Shown: one piece after another, positions 12,590 to 25,843 of the stretch
Layout: the number at the start of each line of letters is the position of its first letter
How positions within the stretch are numbered: position 1 is the stretch's first letter
Origin: Paraphysomonas bandaiensis
Lineage: Eukaryota; Protista; Chrysophyceae
NCBI GenBank assembly: GCA_965644295.1
Contig: CBFFRP010000198.1
Coordinates: 1-64,000 of the forward strand
Reading direction: 5' to 3'
DNA: 64,000 bases
Position numbers and translations under genes: made by a program
Notes under the pieces: model-generated
What the model saw: the letters and a program-made list of their open reading frames with translations, nothing else
What the model was told of the DNA's origin: nothing
Database searches by the model: none

Positions 12590-14970
12590 TCAATATTTCA
12601 CAATTTTAAAGGATGAACAAGACAATTCATCCCATGACCATGGAGGATCTTGTGAGCGAAGCCACTGCAGTACATCCAAGTATCCACCCCCAGCAGCAGC
12701 ATTACAAGACCATACTAATCCCATGGTCACGGAGGGTCTTGTGTACGAAGCCACTGCAGTACATCCAAGTGTCCATACATAGCAGCAGCATAACAAGTCC
12801 GTTTATCCCATGGACACGGAGGTTCTTGAGAGCGAAGCCACTGCAGTACATCCAAGCGTCCAGCCGCGGCAGCAACTTCACAACTCAATTCATTCCATGG
12901 ACATGGAGGGTCTTGAGAACAAAGGCACTGCAGTGCATAGATGTCTACGTATTCTGCAATGCAAAGGTAATCATCACATGGACATGGAGGATCTTGTGAA
13001 CGTAGCCACTGCAGTACATCAAAGTATCCATTCTCAGCAGCAGCATTACAAGACAATTCATCCCATGGACACGGAGGGTCCTGAGAGCGAAGCCACTGCA
13101 GTACATCCAACTGTCCATACTTAGCAGCAGCATAACAAGTCCGTTCATCCCATGGACATGGAGGATCTTGTAAGCGAAGCCACTGCAGTACATCCAAGTC
13201 TCCATACCCAGCAGCAGCTTGACAAGTCCGTTCATCCCATGGACATGGAGGGTCTTGTGAGCGAAGCCACTGCAGTACATCCAACTGTCCATACATAGCA
13301 GCAGCTTTACAAGTCCGTTCATCCCATGGACATGGGGGATCTTGTGAGCGAAGCCACTGCAGTACATCCAAGTGTCCAACCACTGCAGCAACTTCACAAG
13401 TCATTTCATCCCATGGACATGGAGGGTCTTGAGAACGAAGCCTCCGCAGTGCATCTATGTCTCCGTTTTTTGCAGCAGCAATGCAAATGTAATCATCACA
13501 TGGACATGGAGGATCTTGTGAACGTAGCCACTGCAGTACATCAAAGTATCCACCCCCAGCAGCAGCATAACAAGACAATTCATCCCATGGACATGGAGGA
13601 TCTTGTAAGCGAAGCCACTGCAGTACATCCAACTGTCCATACCCAGCAGCAGCATAACAAGTCCGTTTATCCCATGGACACGGAGGATCTTGTGAACGTA
13701 GCCACTGCAGTACATCAAAGTATCCACCCCCAGCAGCAGCTTGACAAGTCCGTTCATCCCATGGACACGGAGGATCTTGAGAGCGAAGCCACTGCAGTAC
13801 ATCCAACTGTCCAACCGCTGCAGCATAACAAGTCCGTTCATCCCATGGACATGGAGGATCTTGTAAGCGAAGCCACTGCAGTACATCCAAGTCTCCATAC
13901 CCAGCAGCAGCTTGACAAGTCCGTTCATCCCATGGACATGGAGGGTCTTGTGAGCGAAGCCACTGCAGTACATCCAACTGTCCATACATAGCAGCAGCTT
14001 TACAAGTCCGTTCATCCCATGGACATGGGGGATCTTGTGAGCGAAGCCACTGCAGTACATCCAAGTGTCCAACCACTGCAGCAACTTCACAAGTCATTTC
14101 ATCCCATGGACATGGAGGGTCTTGAGAACGAAGCCTCCGCAGTGCATCTATGTCTCCGTTTTTTGCAGCAGCAATGCAAATGTAATCATCACATGGACAT
14201 GGAGGATCTTGTGAACGTAGCCACTGCAGTACATCAAAGTATCCACCCCCAGCAGCAGCATAACAAGACAATTCATCCCATGGACATGGAGGATCTTGTA
14301 AGCGAAGCCACTGCAGTACATCCAACTGTCCATACCCAGCAGCAGCATAACAAGTCCGTTTATCCCATGGACACGGAGGATCTTGTGAACGTAGCCACTG
14401 CAGTACATCAAAGTATCCACCCCCAGCAGCAGCTTGACAAGTCCGTTCATCCCATGGACACGGAGGATCTTGAGAGCGAAGCCACTGCAGTACATCCAAC
14501 TGTCCAACCGCTGCAGCAGCTTCGCAAGCACGTTCATCCCATGGACATGGAGGGTCTTGAGAACGAAGCCACTGCAGTACATCTAAGAATCCACCTCTAG
14601 CAGCATTATTTGTAGCCTTACGAGTCCGTTTATCACCCCATATATGTCTACGGTTCTGTGAATGTATATATATATGGGTCATGATGAGTTTCATCTGCTC
14701 AAGTCTGCCGTATAATGCACATGTATTCATTATCAGTGTGTGTGGGCAGCCCATAGACAGAGCCCATGAGACCATTGAGTTGGTCATACAGTAGTGAGAT
14801 GCATGTGACTCAAGTCTCTCTCTGCTCTTATCAGTGTAGACGATATCGTGAAATCTCTTACAAGTCATGATCACTGGAAGGACAGCCGTGTGTGGGATCA
14901 TAGAGATGATGAGACGAACAACATCATCATTAAGAACAGATATACTTGACTTATATGAACACTGATTCAT
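12590..14970 (-). CDS. F-box-like N-terminus plus ankyrin-like 26-aa repeat protein (LQWLRSQDPPCPWD); frameshift near 12727
   Basis: 747-aa intronless ORF with >20 tandem ~78-nt repeats (AA..G.LDVLQWLR). N-terminus LNDDVVRLIISMI..VIMTCKRFHDIV. Repeats continue in another frame to 12590. Confidence 0.85.
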
Positions 14971-15076
14971 AGTTTATATGATGCTCATAGAGTGTAGATA
15001 CACCACAAGATAATGAGACGCAGATGATGATAACCACACCACATCTACGACATGGCAGCATGCATATCCAGATGGC

Positions 15077-15230
15077 GTATCGGCAGTCAGTATCTTATTT
15101 TGCGGAAATTAATTGAAGTATAAATCGTCTATAATACTGTAATACAACTACAGCTCGAATACAGATAATTGTTGTCTCAATATTAGAGGCATCTTGGAAC
15201 AAAAATATACAAAGGATGAGGACACGATCG
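15077..15230 (+). mobile_element. ~150-bp MITE copy
   Basis: Starts CGTATCGGCAGTCAG; aligns with 8793-8945. Confidence 0.8.
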
Positions 15231-15316
15231 AGCAGCTGTGCTGTAAGCAAAATAAGGGGAGTTTTCAGTCCTACAAACCACGCCTAGAAATGTGGTTTTC
15301 TACAGTCTATACTGCT

Positions 15317-15472
15317 GTACATACATACATACATACATACATACATACATACATACATACATACATACATACATACATACATACATACATACATACATAC
15401 ATACATACATACATACATACATACATACCTACATACATACATACATACATACATACATACATACATACATAC
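15317..15472 (+). repeat. (TACA)n microsatellite
   Basis: Visible directly. Confidence 0.99.
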
Positions 15473-15816
15473 ATCATCTTATATCTCTCATACAACGCTT
15501 TCTTGCGCTTGGTACCAATGCTGCACTTCTCTGACATCGCCACATACAGCAGATGAAGTAATGTAAGTATATGGAATGAATGATGCATTCATGTCTGTTG
15601 TACTACTCTCTGCATGTATCCCGTATATGATATATCATAAATATCACCAAAAATAAGGTTTTCCACATTAAAATCATAAAAATCAGGGTTTTAAACAAAA
15701 AATATGTATTTCTACAAAAAATAGGGTTTTTTGCAGAAAAGCCCGTACCAAGCAAAATTCCGCTATCAAAACGAGATTCGTCACCATATATCTGCTATCT
15801 TAACGCGAGCTGACTG

Positions 15817-16184
15817 TACCTACATACATACATACATACATACATACATACATACATACATACATACATACATACATACATACATACATACATACATACA
15901 TACATACATACATACATACATACATACATACATACATACATACATACATACATACATACATACATACATACATACGTACATACATACATACCTACATACA
16001 TACATACATACATACATACATACATACATACATACATACATACATACATACATACATACATACATACATACATACATACATACATACATACATACATACA
16101 TACATACATACATACATACATACATACATACATACATACATACATACATACATACATACATACATACATACATACATACATACA

Positions 16185-16215
<31 letters not shown>
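15817..16215 (+). repeat. (TACA)n microsatellite
   Basis: Visible directly. Confidence 0.99.
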
Positions 16216-16216
<1 letters not shown>

Positions 16217-16306
16217 CCGAAGATTTGATCTCATGAGATTTCTGTTGATGCAGTCATATATATATATATATATGCTTATATTTAGTTTCTTACTATTCAT
16301 ATAGTT

Positions 16307-18325
16307 ATGAAAGTGAATATCACTTTAGATTCATCAGGAAGTCATCCTCAATACGGTAAACTACCCTCTATATCCTCATTACATGTGTACTATTATATCC
16401 TGACTATATCCGTATTAGACTCTTATAGTACTCTTATTATACTCATATCACATCCTTATAACATCCTTATGATATCCTTTATATTCGTATATGTCTTCTA
16501 TGTCCTCTATGTCCTTATTGTGTTTTATTAATATATATTTATATATATATGTATGTATAGAGGTGAAAGTATATGGAGGTGAAGATAAAGTATGGGAAAG
16601 CAGGCATCGATTTGCTGCATTCAGAGATTTGAATGAGAAAATAATAAATACTTCACCGGGTGTACTCTCTGCAAAATTCCCTCCAACATTTGCATCAAGT
16701 GCCTATGGTATTAAGTTATCTGCAGCTCAGCTATCTGAACGTAGAGCACTTCTGCAATTGGTGAGTGACTTGTATATATCTGCTTTGATATTGTAAACGA
16801 TATTAGTGGCTACAAGATGTAATTGACAGCTATGATGATCTTGAGGAGGCTGTACAAGAGAGGTTATTTCAGTTTATAAATGTAGACAATACTCACTTTC
16901 AGTGTATGTATAACATATTTACTTTGTTGCTGTAATTATTTGACTAGATGGGCAAGAAGAAAAGCTCAATAAGAAGGAATTTGCCCGTGCAGCATCTGCG
17001 TCAACCATAAGTAATAAAGACAACGGCAAAGTGAGTGATTCATTGTTTACGAGTGGCGCTTGTTTACGACTGTACAGGAAAGTCCTGACCCAAAGCGGAC
17101 ACACTCGAACAAGGAAATGAGTACTCTCACCGATGGTCGTGGGAAGCCAACGAGGAGAAAGAGCGCCCTTGCATTTATCGGAGGCAAAAGTGAGGAGGTA
17201 GTAGTTTGCTATATAAATAATTTATATATCTCGTCGGAATGCTAAAATACATTTTCAGCCTCAAAGCAAATCGTTCCGCCGAAAGAGTACTCAAGAAGCT
17301 GAATTGACTGAACAACGGCGTATCGCCGAAGAATCCGAGAGACTAAAGGCTCAAAGTATGCTATCTGTAATGGTGTCACGTGGGTCAGTGGTTGGGGGCC
17401 ATCCGACGTATGAGGTGAGACAGTGAATGAATTATCTACGCATGCATGCATGCATCTATTGCTAAGTGATAATTCCTCAGACAATGCTTACGTATGACCG
17501 CAATCAGCGCCCACATATTGTCGCGAAGCAGTTCAAGGACTATCGAACTCTAGCTCTAGATCTGTCCCTTCTGGGCATTAGTAGCGATGTCACTGCGGGT
17601 GATAATGAGCCAGAGCAGAAATCGTCGACCAACCTTGACCTACCCCCTTTTCCGAGAACTTTTCGGAGGTCTAGTCTAGGGATAAAGCTATCAGAAAATG
17701 ACCTCATGCTGAGGTGCCAGGGTCTGGATAGGTGGATGCGAGGGCTTTTAGTGGCATATCCAAAGTTATCCCCCGAGGCCCAGGTTTGATAAAAATTTTG
17801 TGAATGATTATCACGTTTGTTTTCCGTGTTATGGTAGTAGGGAATCATATATTGTATAAATCGTGCTGCCCTATTATTTAGTGACAGTAATTTTTCGAAT
17901 ACTAGGTGCATGTGAATAACTTCTTACATATCGACGCCACGGCCACCAGTGAAGGTGACCACACGAGATTTAAAGCAATTCTCCAAAGCCTGCTTAAGGG
18001 ATGGGTTCGATCCGATTCTACTTTCAGAAGAGATGGTGATGGTAATGGCAAGACTTCTGCAACTCAGCCAGTAGAAACCGTTGCCTCTAAAGTCGACTCT
18101 TCATCAGATGTAAGTTCTAGCAAAATGATGGGGGAAAACCCTGAGAAGAATCAAGAGCTACAAGTAACGCCATCGACCGAGGTGAGTCTTGGCATGGAAA
18201 AAACGCCTACCCCAGCAGGCGGGAATAGAGACCACAACAGCGATATAGAATGGCAAGAGATTACTCCAGCAGCACCTCAAAAGAAGCCACCAGCAGGGTG
18301 TGTACCGGGGTGTGTTTTGTCGTAG
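16307..18325 (+). CDS. Tandem PX(-like) domain protein with C-terminal CaaX (CVLS); spliced; paralogue of 5864-7973
   Basis: HPQY|EVKV..HRFAAFRDL..KFPPTFASSAYGIKL..LSERRALLQLWL; second unit GHPTYE|TMLTY..KQFKDYRTL..PPFPRTFRRSSLGIKL..LDRWM. Ends GCVPGCVLS. Confidence 0.82.
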
Positions 18326-18956
18326 TTATGGACTGTATCAGTGAACATCTACAACGAAATGCTGTTGTAAGTGTGTTTTTTACATCATGCATGTGGTACA
18401 TTGTGCTATATAAATACGTAATAACGTAGTACCCAACTTGAGTATGACACCGTTGATGATGATACCTAAGTAATAAGTAGTGTAGCTATTGTCACGTAAT
18501 TCTATGTGCTTTCAAAGCTGACCGTTGAATTGTTTCAATTTTCAATGAATATAGAAAACGGATCGATCTTAGCTAATATTACTGCATGTAACATGGTACG
18601 AACTCAAAACTATACATGTCAGTCAATTGTTGTTAGCTCAGCCCCTTTTAGTATGTGTGTAATAGTGCTATCTAAAGTTTAGTACTAGGTTAAAATGTAC
18701 TTTTAAAATAACGACTATAATATTTACTATTCACTTAGTAGGAACATCGCCAGTATTGTTTCGAAGTCCTGGTTATAAAGATATATGTCTTGCACTGTCA
18801 TCATTGTGATATTCTACATCAGAAAGAGAATGATATATAATTTAGAGTGTTAGATGATCTTATTGTGGTGTCATTGTTGAGTAAATGATCAAGGCGTCTA
18901 CAACGTTTTGTACGGACAAATGCAACTTTTTATCTTAGTAGAAACATATGGAAAAA

Positions 18957-20673
18957 TTAGAAGGATGAAAAATGACACTCCCGATTGATGTTCCTCTGCA
19001 ACATAAACACGGATCTCAAAATGTCATCTTCCGTGAATAGCCCTGTAGATGGAGACAGCGAGCTATTCACATAATTCGTAATCAATTGCCATCTGGTTAA
19101 ATTGATATGACTATAGGTCTGTCCCGGAGGGTATCTATAAAGGGCGGCTTCAAGGGCATTGATTTCTTCCTCCGTCCAGTTCTGAGAGTACCACCGTTCT
19201 GCTGTTTCGGTATCAATACTTAACCCTGCTGTTTTTCGTCTCTGATCTATTGCTTTGAACAAGCGTATATCTTCCTCTTGATTCTCTAGCACTTTATTGG
19301 ATGACTCCAGCAGTTGAAAAACCTGCTCTATGCCCTCCTTTTGAAAGAGAGTAGGGTCTTTAGTGGCTGCCTCTCCGCCTAGGGCAGTATTGACAATATG
19401 CAACGACTCCACGCTACTATGTGAGCACAAAATCTCCACTTGTTTATCAGAAAGCACACCATATTCACCCTGGGATTCAGCCACTAATTTGTCGCCATCT
19501 CCCTATACAACGTCCTCCATTAAATAAGTCGATTATTCACCACACATGGGGTACATACAATTTATTGATGAAAGCAACACAGCAAGTCGGACACATATAT
19601 ACAAAACCAATGAAATTTTACCTCATCAACAATACAAGATGCAGATAGTCTCATTAGCTTACGAAATATATTTCGGACTTTGCTTTGTGCTTTTCGGGCC
19701 TTTTCTTTTTCCGCCTTGGTGGGTTTTCCCTCCGAGTTATTCGCGACATCTACTGTGCTCTTGCAAGTCTGCTCTATCATATTTGCCCACTGACGAGCAG
19801 CTGCAATTTCCTCTTCTAGTTTTTCCTTATTTAAGTTTGTCGTATTGTCCGAATTGTCTTGATATTTCGCACGACGAGCTTGCTTCTTGGCCTCCTTCCG
19901 TGCAGCTTTCACAGCATTTCTTGCTGCCTGCAGACGGTCATCAAGTCTGTCTAAATGGTCCACTAACTCAAGTACCACTCTAGTATATGTCCCTTGAGCA
20001 TACTTGCGTCTCCTTTTATTTTCATTTCTCAGGTCGACTTCTCCGAAAAGGAATGGCATATCAGTTTCATCCAGGTCCACCCACTCAAAGGAAAGACGAG
20101 TGGAAAACGAGCGCCAATAATCATAAAATTGAAGGACCTCTTCGTGAGAGCTCTGGGATGTACCAAAAGAAGGTGGTCTCACATAACCTTTAGTACTTCG
20201 TGACTTACTTGTTGATGAAACTTCTATAGCATCTCGTTCATAAGAGTCAAGACGTTCAAAGAGATTACGATATACGGTATAAAAACCATTTGGACTATCA
20301 TCATATCCGTTATAGCATCCAGGATAAAAGTATCGATATAAATCAGCTGCATGCATTTGTCCATTCGTATCATCTGACTCCATAGTACTATCCCCTCGTA
20401 ATATAGCATCTCTATTACTATCATAATACTGTCTTTGTTGTGGATCTTTTAATATAGAATATGCTGAATTTATTGCTTTAAAATTTTCAGTTGCTTCATT
20501 TTCATTTCCATGATTTCTATCTATATAATATTCTTATTAATATATGCATATATAGATAATCATGACAGTCATCTACCTGGATGCCATATTAAGGCTAATT
20601 TCTTATATTGTTGTTTAATTTCATCATCTGATGCTGATGAAGATACTTCAAGAATATCATAATAACATTTCAT
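18957..20673 (-). CDS. DnaJ co-chaperone, DNAJC21/Jjj1-like J domain with zuotin-like middle and SANT-like C-terminus
   Basis: [17 protein letters not shown]|[30 protein letters not shown]; [15 protein letters not shown]; ENKRRR; WTEEE..LE.AL.RYPPG..RW..I. Confidence 0.88.
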
Positions 20674-20775
20674 ATTTATATTTAGTAATGAATACTTTTT
20701 AATTCAGATTATTATGAATGATGTATGTATGTATGTATGATGGACAAGAGATTGAATGTGTACATCTAACATGCC

Positions 20776-20930
20776 GTATAGGCAGTCAGCATTATATTTT
20801 TCGGGAATAAATTGAATCAAAATTTCTCTATATTACTGCAATACAACTACAGCTAGAATACAGATAATTATTGTCTCAATATTTGAGGCATTTTTGAACG
20901 AACAAAAATATACATACGATGCTGATACGG
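20776..20930 (+). mobile_element. ~150-bp MITE copy
   Basis: CGTATAGGCAGTCAG...TGCTGATACG; aligns with the other copies. Confidence 0.8.
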
Positions 20931-21719
20931 CATACTGCTTCTATAGGCACTAATTTTATGGCCATCAACTACTACAACTAGATTTGCATAATAGCGAATA
21001 GTTTCCGATTAAAGGTATATCATTGGTTAAAATTATGAAAGAAGTAATGTCCACTGAAAGTGCATTGAAAAGTCATTCAGTTCATAAAATATATCATTTT
21101 TATATATTTATAGAAATATAAACATATAAATTAGAATTTTATAAAATATCTCTAATTTTCTGGTGATGTCACATATAGATAATGCAAGATCGTCTCACTG
21201 TGAATGTAACGATATTAAGTGAGTGGTATATATGTTACAGATCCATTATTAGAACTGGATGATGCAATCACAGACAGTGCTGTAGATTACATGTTGCTTT
21301 CTACCATGTACATCATGTGATGTAATAATCCACATATCATAAGCTATATAGGGAGAGGTGTATATATGTATACATATATTTGGAGGTGTTTATATATATA
21401 TAGAGAGAGATGTGTATATATACAGGTTTCATATTGACATATATGTACTGCTGGTTCATGACACTTGGTCAGTACATACATGCTAACAGTTTTCTAACTA
21501 ATCTGTGTACGATTACATGCACAATACTTATCACACACGTCGCCAGTTGCACGAGCTTGACCATATGAAGTATATATAAAGTTGAGATAGCGTAGCGCTT
21601 TTGTTGCTTTGTCGTAAGTTTTTCATGCTACTTACCAAACACACTTCACACGATGGCACCCTATTACAAGCTCTTTCATCATATAAAATTAGTGTGAAAC
21701 AATTCCGAGCACTCAATAC

Positions 21720-23106
21720 GTTAAAACCTTTGGTCGGTGTGCTACTTTTTTACGTATAAGGTGTATAATTCTAGGGCAGATTGTAGGCGAGCTAATTTCC
21801 CAACAGTACTCGTTCTATATTCTATACAACTAGCGATACAGAGCTACATAGCATATAGGCTAGCTTTTCAGTACGCGGATGTAGTGAACAAGCTACAATT
21901 CTCAGAGAAGTAGGTTGAGTCGCTCCGTAATCCATAGTATGATGTATGCTGGCTACTACAAATCTACGAATACCGAGCAGTGCATCATACATCATATGCT
22001 ACAGGAGTAACTTTACTACTTGATCATTCCTTATTATTTAATCACCCCCCCCTCTGATCAATGCAGTATAGTACAGGCATTTGTAATCATCTAGTTCGGT
22101 GTACTGCATGGAATATATCCGAATTTTTTGTTGCTTTTCACACTCCTCCAGTTGGTTAGCAAGTCCGTTCTTCCATACCTTTGCTGGGGCACCTGTATAC
22201 AAGCAGTATGAGCCGAAGAATTCATTTATACTGGCTATAATTAATGCCTACATCATCAGAAATACATGGAGAAGAAACACGGGAAAGTTACAAGTGCAAC
22301 TGTATTCACGACAGGCCAAACACACACGTACCCATTACGCAAAAGCCATCTTCATTCAGGATTCGGGATATCTCATGGGCTGAGACTACCGGGGAGTTTA
22401 CGTCGCGCTCGGGATGAGGAAGAGATATTATAAGCTGGAATTCGTGGTAACTATCGAACAAACAAATGGTTAGTCGCAGGGTTTCAAAATATAACTAAGA
22501 TTTCAACATCAAGGGACTTACTTGCAGGGTAGAGAAGCCGATAAATCAACAAGTTGAACAGAATCCTGGTACTGAGGCATCACACTGAACAAAACAAAGT
22601 CATTAGATATGGCCTAGCGCACTAAAATCTCAGGTAGAGTAACCTTGTTTCCTTATAAGCGGACTCGCTATCTGTTAGCCCTGCGATGCTATATTTCGAT
22701 TTCTACGACACACAACATAACAATACGTTCACTCATCAAATCATCCTACCTCTCCAAATCCAAGTACAAAATCTTTATGACAATACAAATGTAATGTTTT
22801 ATTGAATGTTTGTTCAGAGACTTCTTTTACAAGATCATGCGTACGTTGCAATACAAGATCCCATCCTTTAATATTTGGATCTTCATCACCATCAGGATCA
22901 GGATCACCTTGTCTGATACTATCATAATCTGTATCATCGATTATACCATTAGATAATTGCATATAATCATCTGATATATTGCAAAATAATCGATTGGTTG
23001 ATGTATTATGTGTTGCTTTGTATTTGATTGTATGATGTAATGTAGAGAGTGAACTGTTAGTTCCTCGTAGACAAAAACGTGTAAATCTTATTGTAGATGC
23101 AATCAT
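21720..23106 (-). CDS. Multi-exon hypothetical protein, probable mitochondrial targeting peptide
   Basis: Arg/Ser/Thr-rich N-terminus MIASTIRFTRFCLRG. Downstream exon-like frames bounded by GT/AG (e.g. SINEFFGSYCLYTGAPAKVWKNGLANQLEE). 3' end uncertain. Confidence 0.5.
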
Positions 23107-23675
23107 TTGATAGTGTTATGATACTTTGTGGTAATTATGGTATATGTTTCTGTTTAAGTGTTGAGTAAGTTAAGTTAGTATATATGTGTTCGTACTGTTG
23201 TGTATTTGTACTGGTTTACATGTATACAGGTACATATATACGTACAATAATATGATAAATATTCGTACTGGTGTATAGATATATGTACAAGAGTACACAC
23301 CAGTGCATATACACTATGTACAGGAGTATACAGCAGTACATATATAGTATGTGCCTATGAATGGTAGGAAAAGATGGTGCTCAAAACTAAAATACTCTAT
23401 AAAAAGCGGGGTTTCGTTACTAAATACTGAAGAATTCCAGTTTTAAACTGTTAAAATACTGTGTTTTTCCATGATAAGTAGAGAAAAACTGCGATAAATA
23501 TCAGTGTCCATAAAATCCAGGCTTGCAGTAAGTAACTGTATGTACAAGGGATGGTGCTGTACAATTACAGTAACCATAAGACGAGTATCACTGAATCATT
23601 CTTATCAACTATTACACTAATCCATCTATATGTCTATATATTTCTAATTGTATTTGATTATTAAACTACTTTACA

Positions 23676-23909
23676 ATGCCTGTTTTCTCTCATAAAATTG
23701 ATGATGCTATACAAGGAGGTATATGTGGTGTTATATTTTGGACACCTACATTTTATTTATTGGGTAAAACAGGACGAAGAGAGTTTTATATGTATAGAAA
23801 CAAAAGATTCCTTATGGTTGCCGGTGTATTGTGTTTTATAGGTGGGGGATATCTTGGGATAATATCTGGTAAAATGGAGAAAATTCAAATTAATGAACAA
23901 ATTCGATGA
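23676..23909 (+). CDS. Small two-TM hypothetical membrane protein
   Basis: 77-aa ORF with two hydrophobic Gly-containing segments, divergent from the 23106 gene. Confidence 0.5.
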   Translation: MPVFSHKIDDAIQGGICGVIFWTPTFYLLGKTGRREFYMYRNKRFLMVAGVLCFIGGGYLGIISGKMEKIQINEQIR

Positions 23910-24734
23910 ATAGAATAATAAATTAGTGGTATTAATGTTTTATATAATTCAATCTTACTTATATTTTATTTAAATATATTGAAATGGGGAAACTGAAACA
24001 ATTTCTAAACTGCGTACAATACACATGTACTCAGTTATTTGATAGATACTTCGTCGTCAGCGCACAGTGTGCATGAAAGTTTATTCACGCAAGAAGCGGT
24101 TGAATTATTGTGGCCGAATCATTCTATATCTGTCTATATTGAGCTGTCTTAGAATTTTGGAGATATATTTTTTAAATCTTTAGAATATCTGGGGCCCACC
24201 GATGTATGTCAAGTGTGTGGATTAAGAACTACAATGGTCTCTTGGAAGTGAATATCTGAAGATACAGCTTTGTGTGGTACGAAACAATTTTAGACTTTCG
24301 TAGCACCGTGATACAAGGTACCCCATACCGAGAGCGTGTCAGTGTTGATATAACTAAGTAGCGTTCAGATTGTTAAGGAAATCCCGGCGTATTCTTCGTG
24401 TGTCGACACCAAGCAAACCCAGCTAGAGCTACACTATACTTGCATACCCATATGGGATTAAGAGATACCGCGCGCATTTTAGGGGAGGGGGCTCGGCTAA
24501 TATCACGCTAGGCCTATAATCTATAATGGGCTATGCATGATCACGAGAAGCTCCGCGTAATCTTTGTTAGTTGACACGAAGGTAAACATGGCCCTACTAG
24601 CCTACTAGAACCTGCACGAATTACATACATAGGTCTTGCAAAGCTATGGCAAATCCCACGTAATCTTAGCGAAGGTGAACATGGGTGGGCGGCAACAGCA
24701 TCTGCGAGTGATCTATGCTACAGTTACGTTGGTT

Positions 24735-25075
24735 CGCGGGCAGGCGGGTGGCAGAATCAGCGCAAAATCTTGGTGTTATATATGTTGTACCATCAAGCCG
24801 ACTACATTATGGCCACACTGCCGGAATGGGGCACATTTGACAGATCTATCTTTGAGAAACATATAATGGTATATGTATATTAATAGAAGTACTATATATA
24901 CATGTGTGGAGTACTGTTTGAGCTGGCGATATATAAAAACTAGAAAACAACATCAAAAATAGGCTTTTTCTTATTTTTCTGTGCATGGACTTATATTTTG
25001 TACCCTACGTAATACTGTTTGCAATATATTGTAAGCTACTTCAATAGAAACAATATTGAAGGAATTCTTTGCTCC
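24735..25075. repeat. Internal fragment of the CAGGGCTAGG hAT family
   Basis: Aligns with 42180-42450 (GCAGGCGGGTGGCAGAATC...GTACCCTACGTAATA) and, inverted, with 9730-9910. Confidence 0.75.
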
Positions 25076-25843
25076 ATTCTGAGCGCGTACTTAGCTAGAT
25101 CCGGGTGGGTACCTCAATAATACATGATTAACAGCGCCAGGTAAAGGGATATATTACTCAACCTAGTCAATTTGGTGGACTTTCCTAGTCACTCCAAAAT
25201 TGGTGTAATAACCTAGTCAAAGCAATAAATGACTCAACCTAGCCAATTATAGTATTGAATCTAGTCATGAATTGTACTCGCATATAGCTACGAATTACAG
25301 AAGCATGAGGTCATAGAAGGTGAATTAAAATCAATACAACATAGATCAGGCGAACACAAAGCTAAAGAGCAGTAATATAGTAAGATATAACAGCATGGGC
25401 AGGACTCCATCGCTCTCTCCAATGCTCAAGTAGGCTTTTGTACACCATTCTTTCTCAACACAATCTCCATAGATGTCCTTCAGTCGCCTTCAGAAACATT
25501 GATGAAACCTTGTACTCTGGGGGGGTCTATCAGCATCACTTAGTTTAATAATATAACTATGAATTATCATGCACAAGTGTGACAACAACACGCTACAACC
25601 TCTCACACACCAAACTACATACTGAAAACGACTGGTTTGGAAACCAAATCGCATCTTGAAAAGATTTGCAGTTTGCTGGATGCTTCACAGCTGAAACATT
25701 CTGACTGTACAAGATACTTGCTCCATACCATACGAAGTATTAGTGGTTTAGAGGAGAGCATATAAACAACCATTCTAAGATTAAGTAATCTGATGTATTA
25801 TAATAGCAATAATATACATATATCTATATATATATCCTTACCA

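Noticed and set aside
12727-14600. Regular ~78-bp repeats as a possible CRISPR array; overlapping alternative-frame ORFs
   Set aside because: In-frame protein-coding repeat without unique spacers or cas genes, in a eukaryote; the other ORFs are shadows.
15194-16300. ORFs of HTYI / MYVC repeats (also 52953-53650 and 43020-43281)
   Set aside because: These are translations of the (TACA)n microsatellite.
24000-24730. Coding-like GC content on the minus strand
   Set aside because: All frames are interrupted and no supportable gene model could be built.
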